Shown here piece by piece: positions 39,998 to 49,439 of a stretch of DNA of 64,000 nt. The position numbers and the translations under genes were made by a program. The stretch comes from Candidatus Levyibacteriota bacterium (GTDB lineage Bacteria; Patescibacteriota; Microgenomatia; Levybacterales; UBA12049). Position 1 is the stretch's first letter. Every line of letters begins with the position of its first letter. The notes below the pieces were generated by a model. The model ran no database searches. It worked only from the letters and a program-made list of their open reading frames with translations, and was not told where the DNA came from. The DNA lies in NCBI GenBank assembly GCA_963790825.1, contig CAWBPM010000003.1, positions 317,681 to 381,680 of the forward strand, read 5' to 3'.

Positions 39998-40669
39998 ATG
40001 CTGACTCTTTTATTATTTTTGGCTGTTTTATTGTTACTTTTTCTTTTGTCCCGTACGCTTACCAGGGAACTTTCACAGCTTTTTTTTCGTTTAATAAAAA
40101 GCGTAGGACTTACCAGCTATCTGATGGCGTTTCTTTTTTTACCCGGAACAATTATCCATGAGTTGGCGCATTTTTTTATGGCAAAGATTCTTTTTGTTTA
40201 TGCGGGGAAAATAGAGCTTTGGCCGAAAATGGAAGGAGACAGCCTAAAACTCGGCAGTGTACAAATCGGAAAAACAGATCCCTTTCGTAATATGCTTATC
40301 GGTGTTGCGCCTTTTTTACTGGGTACACTGCTTATTCTTTTAATACTTTTTTTCTCCGGTTCGTATCGCCTTTTTCAAAGCAATTTATATCTTTTTTTGC
40401 TTTTTTATCTGATTTTTGAGATTGGCAATACGATGTTTTCAAGCAGAAAAGATCTTGAAGGAACAGTAAAATTATTTTTCATTGTCATTATTTTTGCTGC
40501 TCTTTTCTTTCTTTTCGGTTTTCGCATTCCGCAGTTAAGTCTTGAGACCCGGTTTCCGGCAAATTTAGAGCAGGCACTTAATATCGGCAGTTGGTTTCTT
40601 CTTCTTCCTATCGGCATAGATCTGGTTATCATTATTTTCCTGAAGCTTTTCAACCGTTTATTAGTGTAA
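39998..40669 (+). CDS. membrane metalloprotease-like (M50 family-like)
   Basis: PGTIIHELAH, LGSV, IGVAP, SSRKD; multiple TM segments. Confidence 0.7.
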   Translation: MLTLLLFLAVLLLLFLLSRTLTRELSQLFFRLIKSVGLTSYLMAFLFLPGTIIHELAHFFMAKILFVYAGKIELWPKMEGDSLKLGSVQIGKTDPFRNMLIGVAPFLLGTLLILLILFFSGSYRLFQSNLYLFLLFYLIFEIGNTMFSSRKDLEGTVKLFFIVIIFAALFFLFGFRIPQLSLETRFPANLEQALNIGSWFLLLPIGIDLVIIIFLKLFNRLLV

Positions 40670-40735
40670 ATATGTTGCTTCGAGTAACGGCGGGTATTTA
40701 CGATTTACCTTTCAGTAGTTTTTCAAATATCTTTA

Positions 40736-42463
40736 TTAGGGTGATTGAAACTGAAGAGGTTCATTATTCAGAATTTGCCTATAAATGTAATCAGTCGTTT
40801 CATCAGGAAGAAGTGTCTTGCCTTTTCCCGCTGCCACAAGCGCCTCTTTCTTATTATGTAGTCTATATTCGTTAATTGCCAGAACTCCCCACAGTCTCCC
40901 ATTAGTAGGATAGCTTTGCAGGGCTTCTTTAACGAGCTTTATCGCCTCCTTTGGATTATTGTGGAATGTGAGTAAATCTGCCAAATTTTCATATGACATA
41001 AGTAAAGCATTTGTGAACCTGGTACCTTTGGAGTGTTGTATCGCTTTATAATAATAATCTTCAGCTTTTTGTGGATCATTCAGACCGTCATATACTCTCG
41101 CGAGATCAAAAAGATTATCAGCGTAGGGATACATTTCTACTGACTTTTTGTAATGATTCAGTGCTTCATTGTATTGCTGCTGGGAGAAATAAGTATTAGC
41201 AAGAAATGTTTCCGTCTCGAAATTATCCTCTATTTTACTGTCATGAGTAAAAAGTGTAGTATCGTCATACCAATTGGCACTTCGTACCATTGTTCTTGCA
41301 GAGAAAACAACAAGGATTGCGACAATACTAATTGTAGCTATTTTGCTAAATTTCTTGTTTTGAGAAGTTATCTCATGTGTTCCAACACCGATTATTCCTA
41401 GTAAACCGACTATAGGAAAATAAAACCAGTGATCTGCAACTGTCATATTTAATGGGATAATCTGCAAATGGAAAAAAAGCCCTGCCAGAAACCATATAAG
41501 AAAGAAGAGAAATATCGGAAAGTCTTTTTTGTTTGTTTTCAATATGTATCTTCCGAGTAATGCTAGAAGAGAAAAGAATAATAAATCTAGAAAAAGCGGC
41601 AAGTAAAAGTTTTGAAAATCCATCGCTGTAACAACCCACTGTTGATTAACTGCCAGTTGTACAGGTAAAAAAAATGTTTTTATATAATAGAAAATAATTG
41701 CCGGAATATTGATTATACGCGCTATAAGCGTTAGCTTATCAATAGGAACCAAGACTGATTTCCCGATACCTATTCCCGTCCAAAACCTCATAAGGTAAAA
41801 AAGAAAGACTGGTATTGATAACGCAATGAAGGGCAAAATAAATTTCCTTTTGAACAAAAAACGATAGAGTAAAATAATAGTGAGAAATAAAATACCCGTT
41901 TCTTTTGAAAGTATTGATAGAAAAAGTAAACCACTTACTGCAATAAACCTGATAAGAGTTATTTTCTCTTTTAAGCTTAAAAGAAGTGCCATGCTGCCAA
42001 AAAGGAAAAAGAGAAGATTATCAAAAGCTCCAATGTAGGAGACGGACTCAACCTGTATTGGTAATACGAGAAACAACAGAGAAAGACATAAAGAAACTTT
42101 TTTAGTAAAAAATCGAGTGAAGATAAGAAATAGTAAGATAGAATTGACGCTATGTAGAGTTATTTGGATAAAATGATAAAAAAATGGTGCTGTACTAAAT
42201 AGCGCATATAAGATGGCACTGTAAAGAGCAGTAACAGGCCGATATTGTCCCAACTGGTTAAATGTATTTTGTAAGCTAAATATAGCAAAAGTATGCCCCC
42301 AAGGATTATTGATAATTAACGTATTGTCTTCCCAAACAAACCCGTTAAAAAGTATATTGAAGTAAACAATAAATCCAACGATGATAATAATACGAATCGC
42401 TTTAAAGGTAGTTAGAGGAATAAAGAATTGCTTAAAAGTTAATTCCTGTTTTTGCTCTTGCAT
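40736..42463 (-). CDS. TMTC-like GT-C glycosyltransferase with TPR repeats (copy 1)
   Basis: FVWED, YRP, ESVSYI, SKETG, VADHWFYFP, C-terminal TPRs. Confidence 0.8.
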   Translation of the reverse strand: MQEQKQELTFKQFFIPLTTFKAIRIIIIVGFIVYFNILFNGFVWEDNTLIINNPWGHTFAIFSLQNTFNQLGQYRPVTALYSAILYALFSTAPFFYHFIQITLHSVNSILLFLIFTRFFTKKVSLCLSLLFLVLPIQVESVSYIGAFDNLLFFLFGSMALLLSLKEKITLIRFIAVSGLLFLSILSKETGILFLTIILLYRFLFKRKFILPFIALSIPVFLFYLMRFWTGIGIGKSVLVPIDKLTLIARIINIPAIIFYYIKTFFLPVQLAVNQQWVVTAMDFQNFYLPLFLDLLFFSLLALLGRYILKTNKKDFPIFLFFLIWFLAGLFFHLQIIPLNMTVADHWFYFPIVGLLGIIGVGTHEITSQNKKFSKIATISIVAILVVFSARTMVRSANWYDDTTLFTHDSKIEDNFETETFLANTYFSQQQYNEALNHYKKSVEMYPYADNLFDLARVYDGLNDPQKAEDYYYKAIQHSKGTRFTNALLMSYENLADLLTFHNNPKEAIKLVKEALQSYPTNGRLWGVLAINEYRLHNKKEALVAAGKGKTLLPDETTDYIYRQILNNEPLQFQSP

Positions 42464-42494
42464 AATACAATCTTATAATAGCAAAAATCTCGGG

Positions 42495-42572
42495 TCAGGG
42501 TTTAATACCTGTCGGTGGTTTTTTGTAATAATACTTTGTTTAAATACCATGAGTAGATTTTTGTTCATGGTT
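42495..42572 (-). pseudogene. decayed duplicate of the map 3' end
   Basis: Translates VFKQSI-ITKNHRQVLNP vs Map VFERSIAITKNGTRILTP; adjacent spacer matches 57675-57698. Confidence 0.55.
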
Positions 42573-43460
42573 TTATTTTCCGCTTGTAAAGCGGGCGAAA
42601 ATGCCGGTTGAAAGTAACCGTTTTCCGCTTTTTTCCTGAAGCGCAATTTCTCCGACTTCTATTTCTCCGGGGATATCACCAACTGCATCTTGCAAAACAT
42701 TCTCTAGCATTAAGCTACTCATAGACATAGCATAGGCATTGATGATAATAAAAAGCGGGTGGCTTGACAGAATCTTCCGCGTATCATGCAACAGTTTAGG
42801 GAAACTGACCGGAAAATTCCACACTTCACCATCCGGTCCGTGTCCATAAATTGGCGGATCCATAATAAGACCATCATATATATTCCCCCGTCTTACTTCG
42901 CGCTCGACAAATTTTACCACATCGTCCAGGATCCAACGGATTGGCTTATTTGTAAGATTTGACGCTTCCTGGTTTTCTCTGGCCCAATTGATTGCAGGGC
43001 GCGAGGCATCGACGTGTGTTACCTCAGCTCCCATAGACGCGCAAACCAAACTCGCAATTCCCGTATAACCAAACAGATTCAATATTTTTATTTTTTTATC
43101 TTGCGGCTGTGCGTTTTTAATTCTCTCCCGTATAAAATCCCACTGTATAACTTGCTCCGGGAATATTCCCGTATGTTTAAACGCTGTAAGCCGGGCAAAA
43201 AATGTTATTTCCTGATATTTCATTAGCCATTTTTCAGGCAGCGGGTTTTTTTGCAGCCATTTTCCTTTTGCTCCTTTTTCGTCTGTCTTTACATAAACAG
43301 CATCTGCGCTGTCCCATTCTTTTTGCGGTAAAGTCGGCAGCCAGATACACTGCGGATCAGGCCGACTTAAAAGAAATTTACCAAACTTCTCAAGCCGTCT
43401 TCCGTTTCCGCTATCGAGAAGAGAATAGCCATCTAAACCAGGGGTTGTAAGAATAGTCAT
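42573..43460 (-). CDS. SAM-dependent methyltransferase, RlmI/RlmK-like
   Basis: LLDSG..RRLE.FG, HTGIFPEQ, LNLFGYTG, MDPP.YG. Confidence 0.88.
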   Translation of the reverse strand: MTILTTPGLDGYSLLDSGNGRRLEKFGKFLLSRPDPQCIWLPTLPQKEWDSADAVYVKTDEKGAKGKWLQKNPLPEKWLMKYQEITFFARLTAFKHTGIFPEQVIQWDFIRERIKNAQPQDKKIKILNLFGYTGIASLVCASMGAEVTHVDASRPAINWARENQEASNLTNKPIRWILDDVVKFVEREVRRGNIYDGLIMDPPIYGHGPDGEVWNFPVSFPKLLHDTRKILSSHPLFIIINAYAMSMSSLMLENVLQDAVGDIPGEIEVGEIALQEKSGKRLLSTGIFARFTSGK

Positions 43461-43493
43461 ATTATTATTTCTATAATAACAGATCAATAGAAC

Positions 43494-45236
43494 CTATTGT
43501 TGTATTTTAATTTCTTGATTATTTGTAATCTGCTTTAGGACATATAGCGCCTCTGAGTTAGGAGATAGTTGATATGCTTTGGTCGCAATTTCAAGAGCAT
43601 TTTGTCTATTATGTAAATAATATTCACAATAAGCCAAGTATAACTGCGGTCTTTGAGATTGGGGATAACGCCCAACCCCTTCTTCATAAACTATTCTTGC
43701 TTCGTCTAATCGTCCTTCATTAACATACAGTTGTCCAAGTTTTTCATATCCCATCTCTAGTCCTCCAACCTCAACGGCCTTTTTAAAATTTTTCTCTGCA
43801 AGTTTTAAATTCCCTTTAGAGTAATAGGTTGCTCCAATATTAATCCAATTTCTCTCTTCTGAAGGATTAAGACTGGCAGCCTTGTTAAAATATTTTAAAG
43901 CCTCGTCATATTTTCCCATGCTCAGGTATTCATTGCCAAGTAAGCCATTAAGATAGACGTTATCTTTCTCAAGTACAATATCATGCGTATACAAAGAATA
44001 ACCGGTTCTCCAATTTTCGTTACGTACGATCGTTCTTACTGAAAGAATCAATAAAATTATTAAACTTAGCATTATAAGAATTTTTTGTTTAATTTTAATT
44101 CTTTCGATACATATCCCAATTAATCCAAGAAGTCCAATGACGGGGAAGTAAAACCATCGATCAGCCACTGTAAAGTCCAGGGGTATAATTTGCATAAGAA
44201 GTAATGACCCAATAAGAAACCAGAAAGAGAAAAAGAGAAATGTGGAAAATGTTTTTTTTGACATTCGATATGAATAAAGACCGAGAAATGCTATACAAGC
44301 AAAAAATCCTACATCTACTAATAAAGGGATATAAAACTCGACTGGGGTTATTGATGTAACAAGCCAATCTTGATGAGTAATTAGTGTCTTTGGGGAAAAA
44401 AATATTCCTAAATAATAAAAAATAACTTTTGGAATATTTATGAATCTAATATCTGCTGCTGCCCGAGAAATTGACGAAGGTTCTATAGCAAATGACACAT
44501 ATTGAGCAGCTTGCTTAAAAAAGAGATAGATTCCTACAGCTATACTTACTGCAATAAGATAGTTAAGAAACTGTTTTCTATCAAACAAAAGCAATCTAAA
44601 GAATAGAAGCAGAATAAATAAAACACCAGTAACTTTTGACATTAAAGATAAAAAGATAAGTAAGGATATGAGAATAATTTTTTTCCAAGAAGTATGTTTT
44701 CCCTCAGATCTTTGATAGTAAAATAATGCTAATAATCCAAAAAAAAGGAAAAGCACATCCTGTAAACTAGAGATATATGCTACAGTTTCCTGGTTTATCG
44801 GGTGAACTAAAAATATGAGAGATAAAAATAGAGAAATCCTTTTAGAAAAGAATGATAAAAATAATGAAAATAGTAATAATGTATTAACTATATGCAATAA
44901 AAGCTGGAAAGAATGGAAAAAAAACGCAATGTTACCAAAGAAGGTATATAAAAATGAAAAAAAGATAAGCATAAGCGGTCTATAATACCACCCAGTTAAT
45001 ATTCCTCCACCGCTGCTTACGCTTGAATTTGTTTGGAATAGAAGTATAGGAATATTACTGATCGAATGTATCGTTGAATTTGTAAGTATTTGTGTACCAT
45101 CATCAGCCACAAACCCATTAAAAAGCATGTTGAAGTAAACTAGAAATCCAACGATTACGATAATATGAATCACTCTGAGAGTAGTTAGGGGGATAAAGAG
45201 ACGCTTGAAGGAAAATTTGTGTCTTTGCTCTTGCAT
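43494..45236 (-). CDS. TMTC-like GT-C glycosyltransferase with TPR repeats (copy 2)
   Basis: FVADD, YYRP, VHPINQETV, VADRWFYFP, TPRs. Confidence 0.8.
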   Translation of the reverse strand: MQEQRHKFSFKRLFIPLTTLRVIHIIVIVGFLVYFNMLFNGFVADDGTQILTNSTIHSISNIPILLFQTNSSVSSGGGILTGWYYRPLMLIFFSFLYTFFGNIAFFFHSFQLLLHIVNTLLLFSLFLSFFSKRISLFLSLIFLVHPINQETVAYISSLQDVLFLFFGLLALFYYQRSEGKHTSWKKIILISLLIFLSLMSKVTGVLFILLLFFRLLLFDRKQFLNYLIAVSIAVGIYLFFKQAAQYVSFAIEPSSISRAAADIRFINIPKVIFYYLGIFFSPKTLITHQDWLVTSITPVEFYIPLLVDVGFFACIAFLGLYSYRMSKKTFSTFLFFSFWFLIGSLLLMQIIPLDFTVADRWFYFPVIGLLGLIGICIERIKIKQKILIMLSLIILLILSVRTIVRNENWRTGYSLYTHDIVLEKDNVYLNGLLGNEYLSMGKYDEALKYFNKAASLNPSEERNWINIGATYYSKGNLKLAEKNFKKAVEVGGLEMGYEKLGQLYVNEGRLDEARIVYEEGVGRYPQSQRPQLYLAYCEYYLHNRQNALEIATKAYQLSPNSEALYVLKQITNNQEIKIQQ

Positions 45237-45429
45237 ATTCTAATGGTATCATATCATTCCTTTATTATGGGCCGCGTAGTTAATAAGCAAAGGAATAAAT
45301 AAGTTAAGTCCCCATCCGATCAGTTCGAAAAATTCCGACTTTTAAAAAATAAAGCCTGAGTTAAGAAAGGCACTAACTACTTAACCAGTTGAAAAAAAGG
45401 GGAGATATGGTATACAATTAATTCTTATT

Positions 45430-45900
45430 ATGCGGAAAAAAATTATTATTGGTATAATCATTTTAGTAGTTGTAATCTTGGTGGTGTATGTAGCTTTATT
45501 TGCTCCATCCATCAATATTTCAGATAACACTGGCTCTATTACTCCAACTATTATGCAAGGAAACAGTACCGCAAATGATAAAGTAAAGATTGAAGACTTA
45601 AAAGTCGGCAGCGGACAAATGGTAAAATCCGGCGATACGATAGTAGTTAATTATAAAGGTACATTGACTAACGGTAAGCAATTTGACAGTTCTTATGATC
45701 GTCATCAGCCGTTTACCACTCAAATTGGCGTTGGACGAGTAATAAAAGGCTGGGACGAGGGAATTTTGGGCATGAAAGTAGGAGGTATTCGCCGCCTTAC
45801 TATTCCGCCAAGTCTGGGATACGGTTCGCAAGGCGCCGGGGCGGATATTCCTCCGAACGCGACACTTATTTTTGAAGTTGAACTCGTAAGTATTAAATAA
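45430..45900 (+). CDS. FKBP-type peptidyl-prolyl isomerase
   Basis: FDSSYDR, VIKGWDEG, IPP.LGYG, IPPNATLIFEVEL; N-terminal TM. Confidence 0.95.
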   Translation: MRKKIIIGIIILVVVILVVYVALFAPSINISDNTGSITPTIMQGNSTANDKVKIEDLKVGSGQMVKSGDTIVVNYKGTLTNGKQFDSSYDRHQPFTTQIGVGRVIKGWDEGILGMKVGGIRRLTIPPSLGYGSQGAGADIPPNATLIFEVELVSIK

Positions 45901-45948
45901 TCAGCTTCCTCTGTTGTGTTTTCCCTAATCTTATAGTATAATTAGTTT

Positions 45949-46263
45949 ATGATAAAATCTGAATTACTTAATCAACCAGAAAAGAATGTAGGGAATCCTA
46001 TTATTCACTTACATCCTGAACTTAAGAGAACTGGCAGACTAGAACCTCTAAATATTAACCTTTATGATCCACTAACCTATAGCAGCGCTACAGGAGGAAT
46101 AATTTATTTACTGGCTTCCAATAATCTTAGCCGCGCAGGTGGAATACCCGAAGCTCTGCTTGCAACTGCCGCTTTAGTTCATGCAGTAATTCGTCCAATG
46201 ATAAGAGAAACTATGATTTTTTCCCAGAAAGATCAGTTTCAAAGTAATCTTAAAGATAAATAA
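45949..46263 (+). CDS. hypothetical protein
   Basis: 104 aa, TATAAT just upstream. Confidence 0.5.
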   Translation: MIKSELLNQPEKNVGNPIIHLHPELKRTGRLEPLNINLYDPLTYSSATGGIIYLLASNNLSRAGGIPEALLATAALVHAVIRPMIRETMIFSQKDQFQSNLKDK

Positions 46264-46387
46264 TTATCTCATTTCAACCGAGTCGATTTTCGGAAAATAC
46301 AAACGTATTTCTTCCCGGAATCTATCTACGTTGAGTAAACTTAAGTCTTTGACATTTTTCCCTGCCTCATGTAGCATGCAAGCTGAT

Positions 46388-47359
46388 ATGAAAAATACGA
46401 ATTTTTGGCTTAAGTTAGTAAAGCCGATTTTGGCCCTGGCGCCTATGGAAGATGTGACAGATACGGTCTACCGGCAAATTATTGCACAAGCCGGAAAACC
46501 CGATGTGTTTTTTACAGAATTCACGAGTGTTGAAGGAATTTGTTCAAAAGGACGAGACCATATAATTAAACGCTTGCAATTTAGCGAAAAAGAACGGCCG
46601 ATTGTCGCACAAATCTGGGGGCTAAAACCTGAAAATTTTTATCAATCTGCAAAGTTGATACATGAATTAGGCTTTGACGGTATTGATTTAAATATGGGTT
46701 GCCCTGAAAAATCAGTGATTAAACGGGGATCATGTGGTGCGCTTATCAAAAATCCTGCACTTGCAAAAGAAATTATCCAGGCAACGAAAGAAGGAGCTGG
46801 TGGACTTCCTGTTAGTGTTAAAACAAGAATCGGTTTTGAGGAAATCCAAACCGAAGAATGGGTTGAATTTTTGTTGTCGCAAAATATCCAAGCGTTAACT
46901 TTGCATTTAAGAACTGTTAAAGAAGAATCAGAAGTTCCTACTCATTGGGAAGAAATTACAAAAGCAGTACGAATTCGAAATGATAAAAAATTATCAACTT
47001 TGATTTTAGGGAATGGCGATATAAAAAGCCGTGAGGAAGCGTTGGAAAAAGTAAATTTGTATGGTATTGACGGCGTGATGATCGGCAGAGGTATTTTTCA
47101 TAATCTTTGGCTGTTTAATAAAGAGATAAATATTTCAGATATTACTCCTCAAATGAAACTCACTATGCTTTTGGAACATGCCAAGCTTTTTCAAAAAACC
47201 TGGGGAAAGACGAAAAATTTCTCCGTTCTTAAACGTTTTTTTAAAGCGTATGTATCCGGTTTTACCCACGCGGCAGAACTGAGAGTAAAACTCATGGAGA
47301 CAAAAAATATTGAAGAAGTAATATCCTTCCTCGAAACAGTTCTAAAAAACCAAGTTTAG
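46388..47359 (+). CDS. dus: tRNA-dihydrouridine synthase
   Basis: LAPMEDVTD, IDLNMGCP, SVKTRIG, GNGDI, MIGRG. Confidence 0.93.
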   Translation: MKNTNFWLKLVKPILALAPMEDVTDTVYRQIIAQAGKPDVFFTEFTSVEGICSKGRDHIIKRLQFSEKERPIVAQIWGLKPENFYQSAKLIHELGFDGIDLNMGCPEKSVIKRGSCGALIKNPALAKEIIQATKEGAGGLPVSVKTRIGFEEIQTEEWVEFLLSQNIQALTLHLRTVKEESEVPTHWEEITKAVRIRNDKKLSTLILGNGDIKSREEALEKVNLYGIDGVMIGRGIFHNLWLFNKEINISDITPQMKLTMLLEHAKLFQKTWGKTKNFSVLKRFFKAYVSGFTHAAELRVKLMETKNIEEVISFLETVLKNQV

Positions 47360-47361
47360 TC

Positions 47362-48141
47362 TCAAAAAAGTACCTTTTCCTTCCCTAAATTATTATAGAG
47401 AGTAATCCACTCTTTAAGTGTTAAATGGCTTGGTTTTATATCTTTCGCCAACGAAAGTTTTTGAAAAACTTTGCTTATCGTACCCTTAGAGAAAAATTTT
47501 TGCAAATTTTGTTTAGCAGGTAATCCCTGTCCGAAACCGTAAGTCACAAACTGTTGATACTTTTTCTTTTCAGACATTGGCAGTAAAGGATTTTCTTTCA
47601 AGGTAAAACGAAATATTACTGTTCTTACTTTTGGTATTGGAGTAAAGTCGGTCTGATTGAAATGGTGATAAATTGAGAAATCAAACCATGGTTTGTGCAT
47701 AACAGAGAATTGGTTTTCCTTATATGGGGCTGCCAGGCGGTATGCAAGTTCTTTCATCATTACCAGATAACAATCTTGTGGAGGATTAGTATTATCAATA
47801 AGTTTACGAGTGATTTTCCCTTCAATAGTAAAGGGAATATTTGCAAATACTTTATAGGGAAACTTTGGCAGAGGTCTGTCTAAAAAATCTTCATGATATA
47901 AGGTGAGATTTTCTGCACTATTAAATTTACTGCTAAGATAGTTGTACCAATGCGTATCCAATTCTACTGCGATAACATGTCTTGCTTGTCGAATTAGTTG
48001 TTCTGTGATAATTCCTTTACCTGGACCGATTTCGAGAACAAGATCATTTTTAGTAATAGAGGAATTGCCTACAAGTTTACTTACTAACTTGCGGCTGTGA
48101 AGAAAGTTTTGTGATAGAAGCTTCCGCTGTAAGTTGTACAT
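47362..48141 (-). CDS. Erm-family 23S rRNA adenine N6-methyltransferase
   Basis: SQNFL, LEIGPGKG, FANIPF, F.P.PKV; SQNF/NIPF fit Erm better than KsgA (GQNFL/NLPY); GGAGG SD. Confidence 0.78.
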   Translation of the reverse strand: MYNLQRKLLSQNFLHSRKLVSKLVGNSSITKNDLVLEIGPGKGIITEQLIRQARHVIAVELDTHWYNYLSSKFNSAENLTLYHEDFLDRPLPKFPYKVFANIPFTIEGKITRKLIDNTNPPQDCYLVMMKELAYRLAAPYKENQFSVMHKPWFDFSIYHHFNQTDFTPIPKVRTVIFRFTLKENPLLPMSEKKKYQQFVTYGFGQGLPAKQNLQKFFSKGTISKVFQKLSLAKDIKPSHLTLKEWITLYNNLGKEKVLF

Positions 48142-48216
48142 AGCGGAACCTCCCTGTGAACATGTTAGCCATAATTCACTCACAATTATATCATATCAGG
48201 AGTTATTTACAAAATT

Positions 48217-49422
48217 CCCGAGTTCTAGAAACGATCGCACCCCCCTGTAAGGTTTAATTAGGTACAATTCACTTCCTGAGGTAAGAGAGGGGGTGAATTA
48301 TGAAACACAAAAAGATAACGCAAACGGAACGGGAATTGTTAGGCCAGTGGAAGAAGGAAGGAGTAGCGAATAAAGAAATCGCCAGAAGACTGTCTCGTCC
48401 CGTCTTGACTATTCGTCGTGAGTTGAAAAGGAATAAAACCAAAGTTGCTGTTGGCAAAGAGTGGGAATGGATCTACGAACCAATCCATGCCCAGCATGTC
48501 GCGATGGAACGGAAACAAAATGCATGGTTGGCTAAAGAGCCGTTGAAAAACAAAAAAGTATACAAATACGTCATTGACCATCTTCGCGAGAGTTGGAGCC
48601 CTGAACAAATATCAGGAAGGCTCAAACATGAAGATCATCCGGATGATAAGTCGTGGCATATCTGTATGGAAACCATATACGCTTTTATCTACAAAGAAAA
48701 AACTGATATAACAAAACAAGGAATTAAACAACAAAGCATATTTAATAAACATCTGGCTGGAAAAGACAGAACGGTGGTAACAGTAACGGACTTTGACCGA
48801 CCATTATACGAGTATTTGAGGCGGAAACAGACAAGACGACGGAAAAGAAACGGCAGGAAAGTTCATAGGTCACATATACCTGATCGCGTCAGTATTCATA
48901 AAAGGCCATTGATTGTCGCCAGACGAAAACAATTTGGTCACTGGGAAGGAGACAGTATTGTTGGAGATAAACACGCCTCAGGGTTACATACAGAATATGA
49001 ACGGGTTTCAAGCCTTACCCGATTTGAGCGGATGGTTCGGATAACAGCGGCAGATACAGTTATTGCCGGTAAGAAAATATTTAGTCCCTTCCCTGAAAAA
49101 GCAAGGCGATCAACAACGCTTGATAACGGACCGGAAAACCATGGACATACAGAGCTTAAGAAAGACCTATCCATGCAGACATATTTTGCAGATCCATATT
49201 CCTCCTGGCAACGAGGAGGAAATGAGAATGCAAATCTTTGGATCAGATACTACTTTCCAAAAGGGACTGATTTTAGTACAATCTCAGATGAAGAATTAAA
49301 AGACGTTCAGGATGAAATAAACAACCGTCCCAGAAAACGTCTTAAATTCAGAACGCCTCAGGAAGTATTTTCTGAGTACCTCAATAAACCCTAAAGGGGT
49401 GCATTAGTTCCTAGAATACGGG
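48217..49422 (+). mobile_element. IS30-family insertion sequence
   Basis: Imperfect TIR CCCGAGTTCTAGAAACGATCGCACCCC / GGGGTGCATTAGTTCCTAGAATACGGG; ATT on both flanks (48214-48216, 49423-49425). Confidence 0.88.
48300..49394 (+). CDS. IS30-family transposase
   Basis: TIRRELKRN, WSPEQISGRL, GHWEGD, TLDNG.E, PYSSWQRG.NEN.N, NNRPRKRL. Confidence 0.96.
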   Translation: MKHKKITQTERELLGQWKKEGVANKEIARRLSRPVLTIRRELKRNKTKVAVGKEWEWIYEPIHAQHVAMERKQNAWLAKEPLKNKKVYKYVIDHLRESWSPEQISGRLKHEDHPDDKSWHICMETIYAFIYKEKTDITKQGIKQQSIFNKHLAGKDRTVVTVTDFDRPLYEYLRRKQTRRRKRNGRKVHRSHIPDRVSIHKRPLIVARRKQFGHWEGDSIVGDKHASGLHTEYERVSSLTRFERMVRITAADTVIAGKKIFSPFPEKARRSTTLDNGPENHGHTELKKDLSMQTYFADPYSSWQRGGNENANLWIRYYFPKGTDFSTISDEELKDVQDEINNRPRKRLKFRTPQEVFSEYLNKP

Positions 49423-49439
49423 ATTTGTGGTTATCTATT

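Noticed and set aside
47362-49422. Composite transposon carrying erm
   Set aside because: Only one IS30 copy, with matching 3-bp flanks; nothing on the other side of erm.
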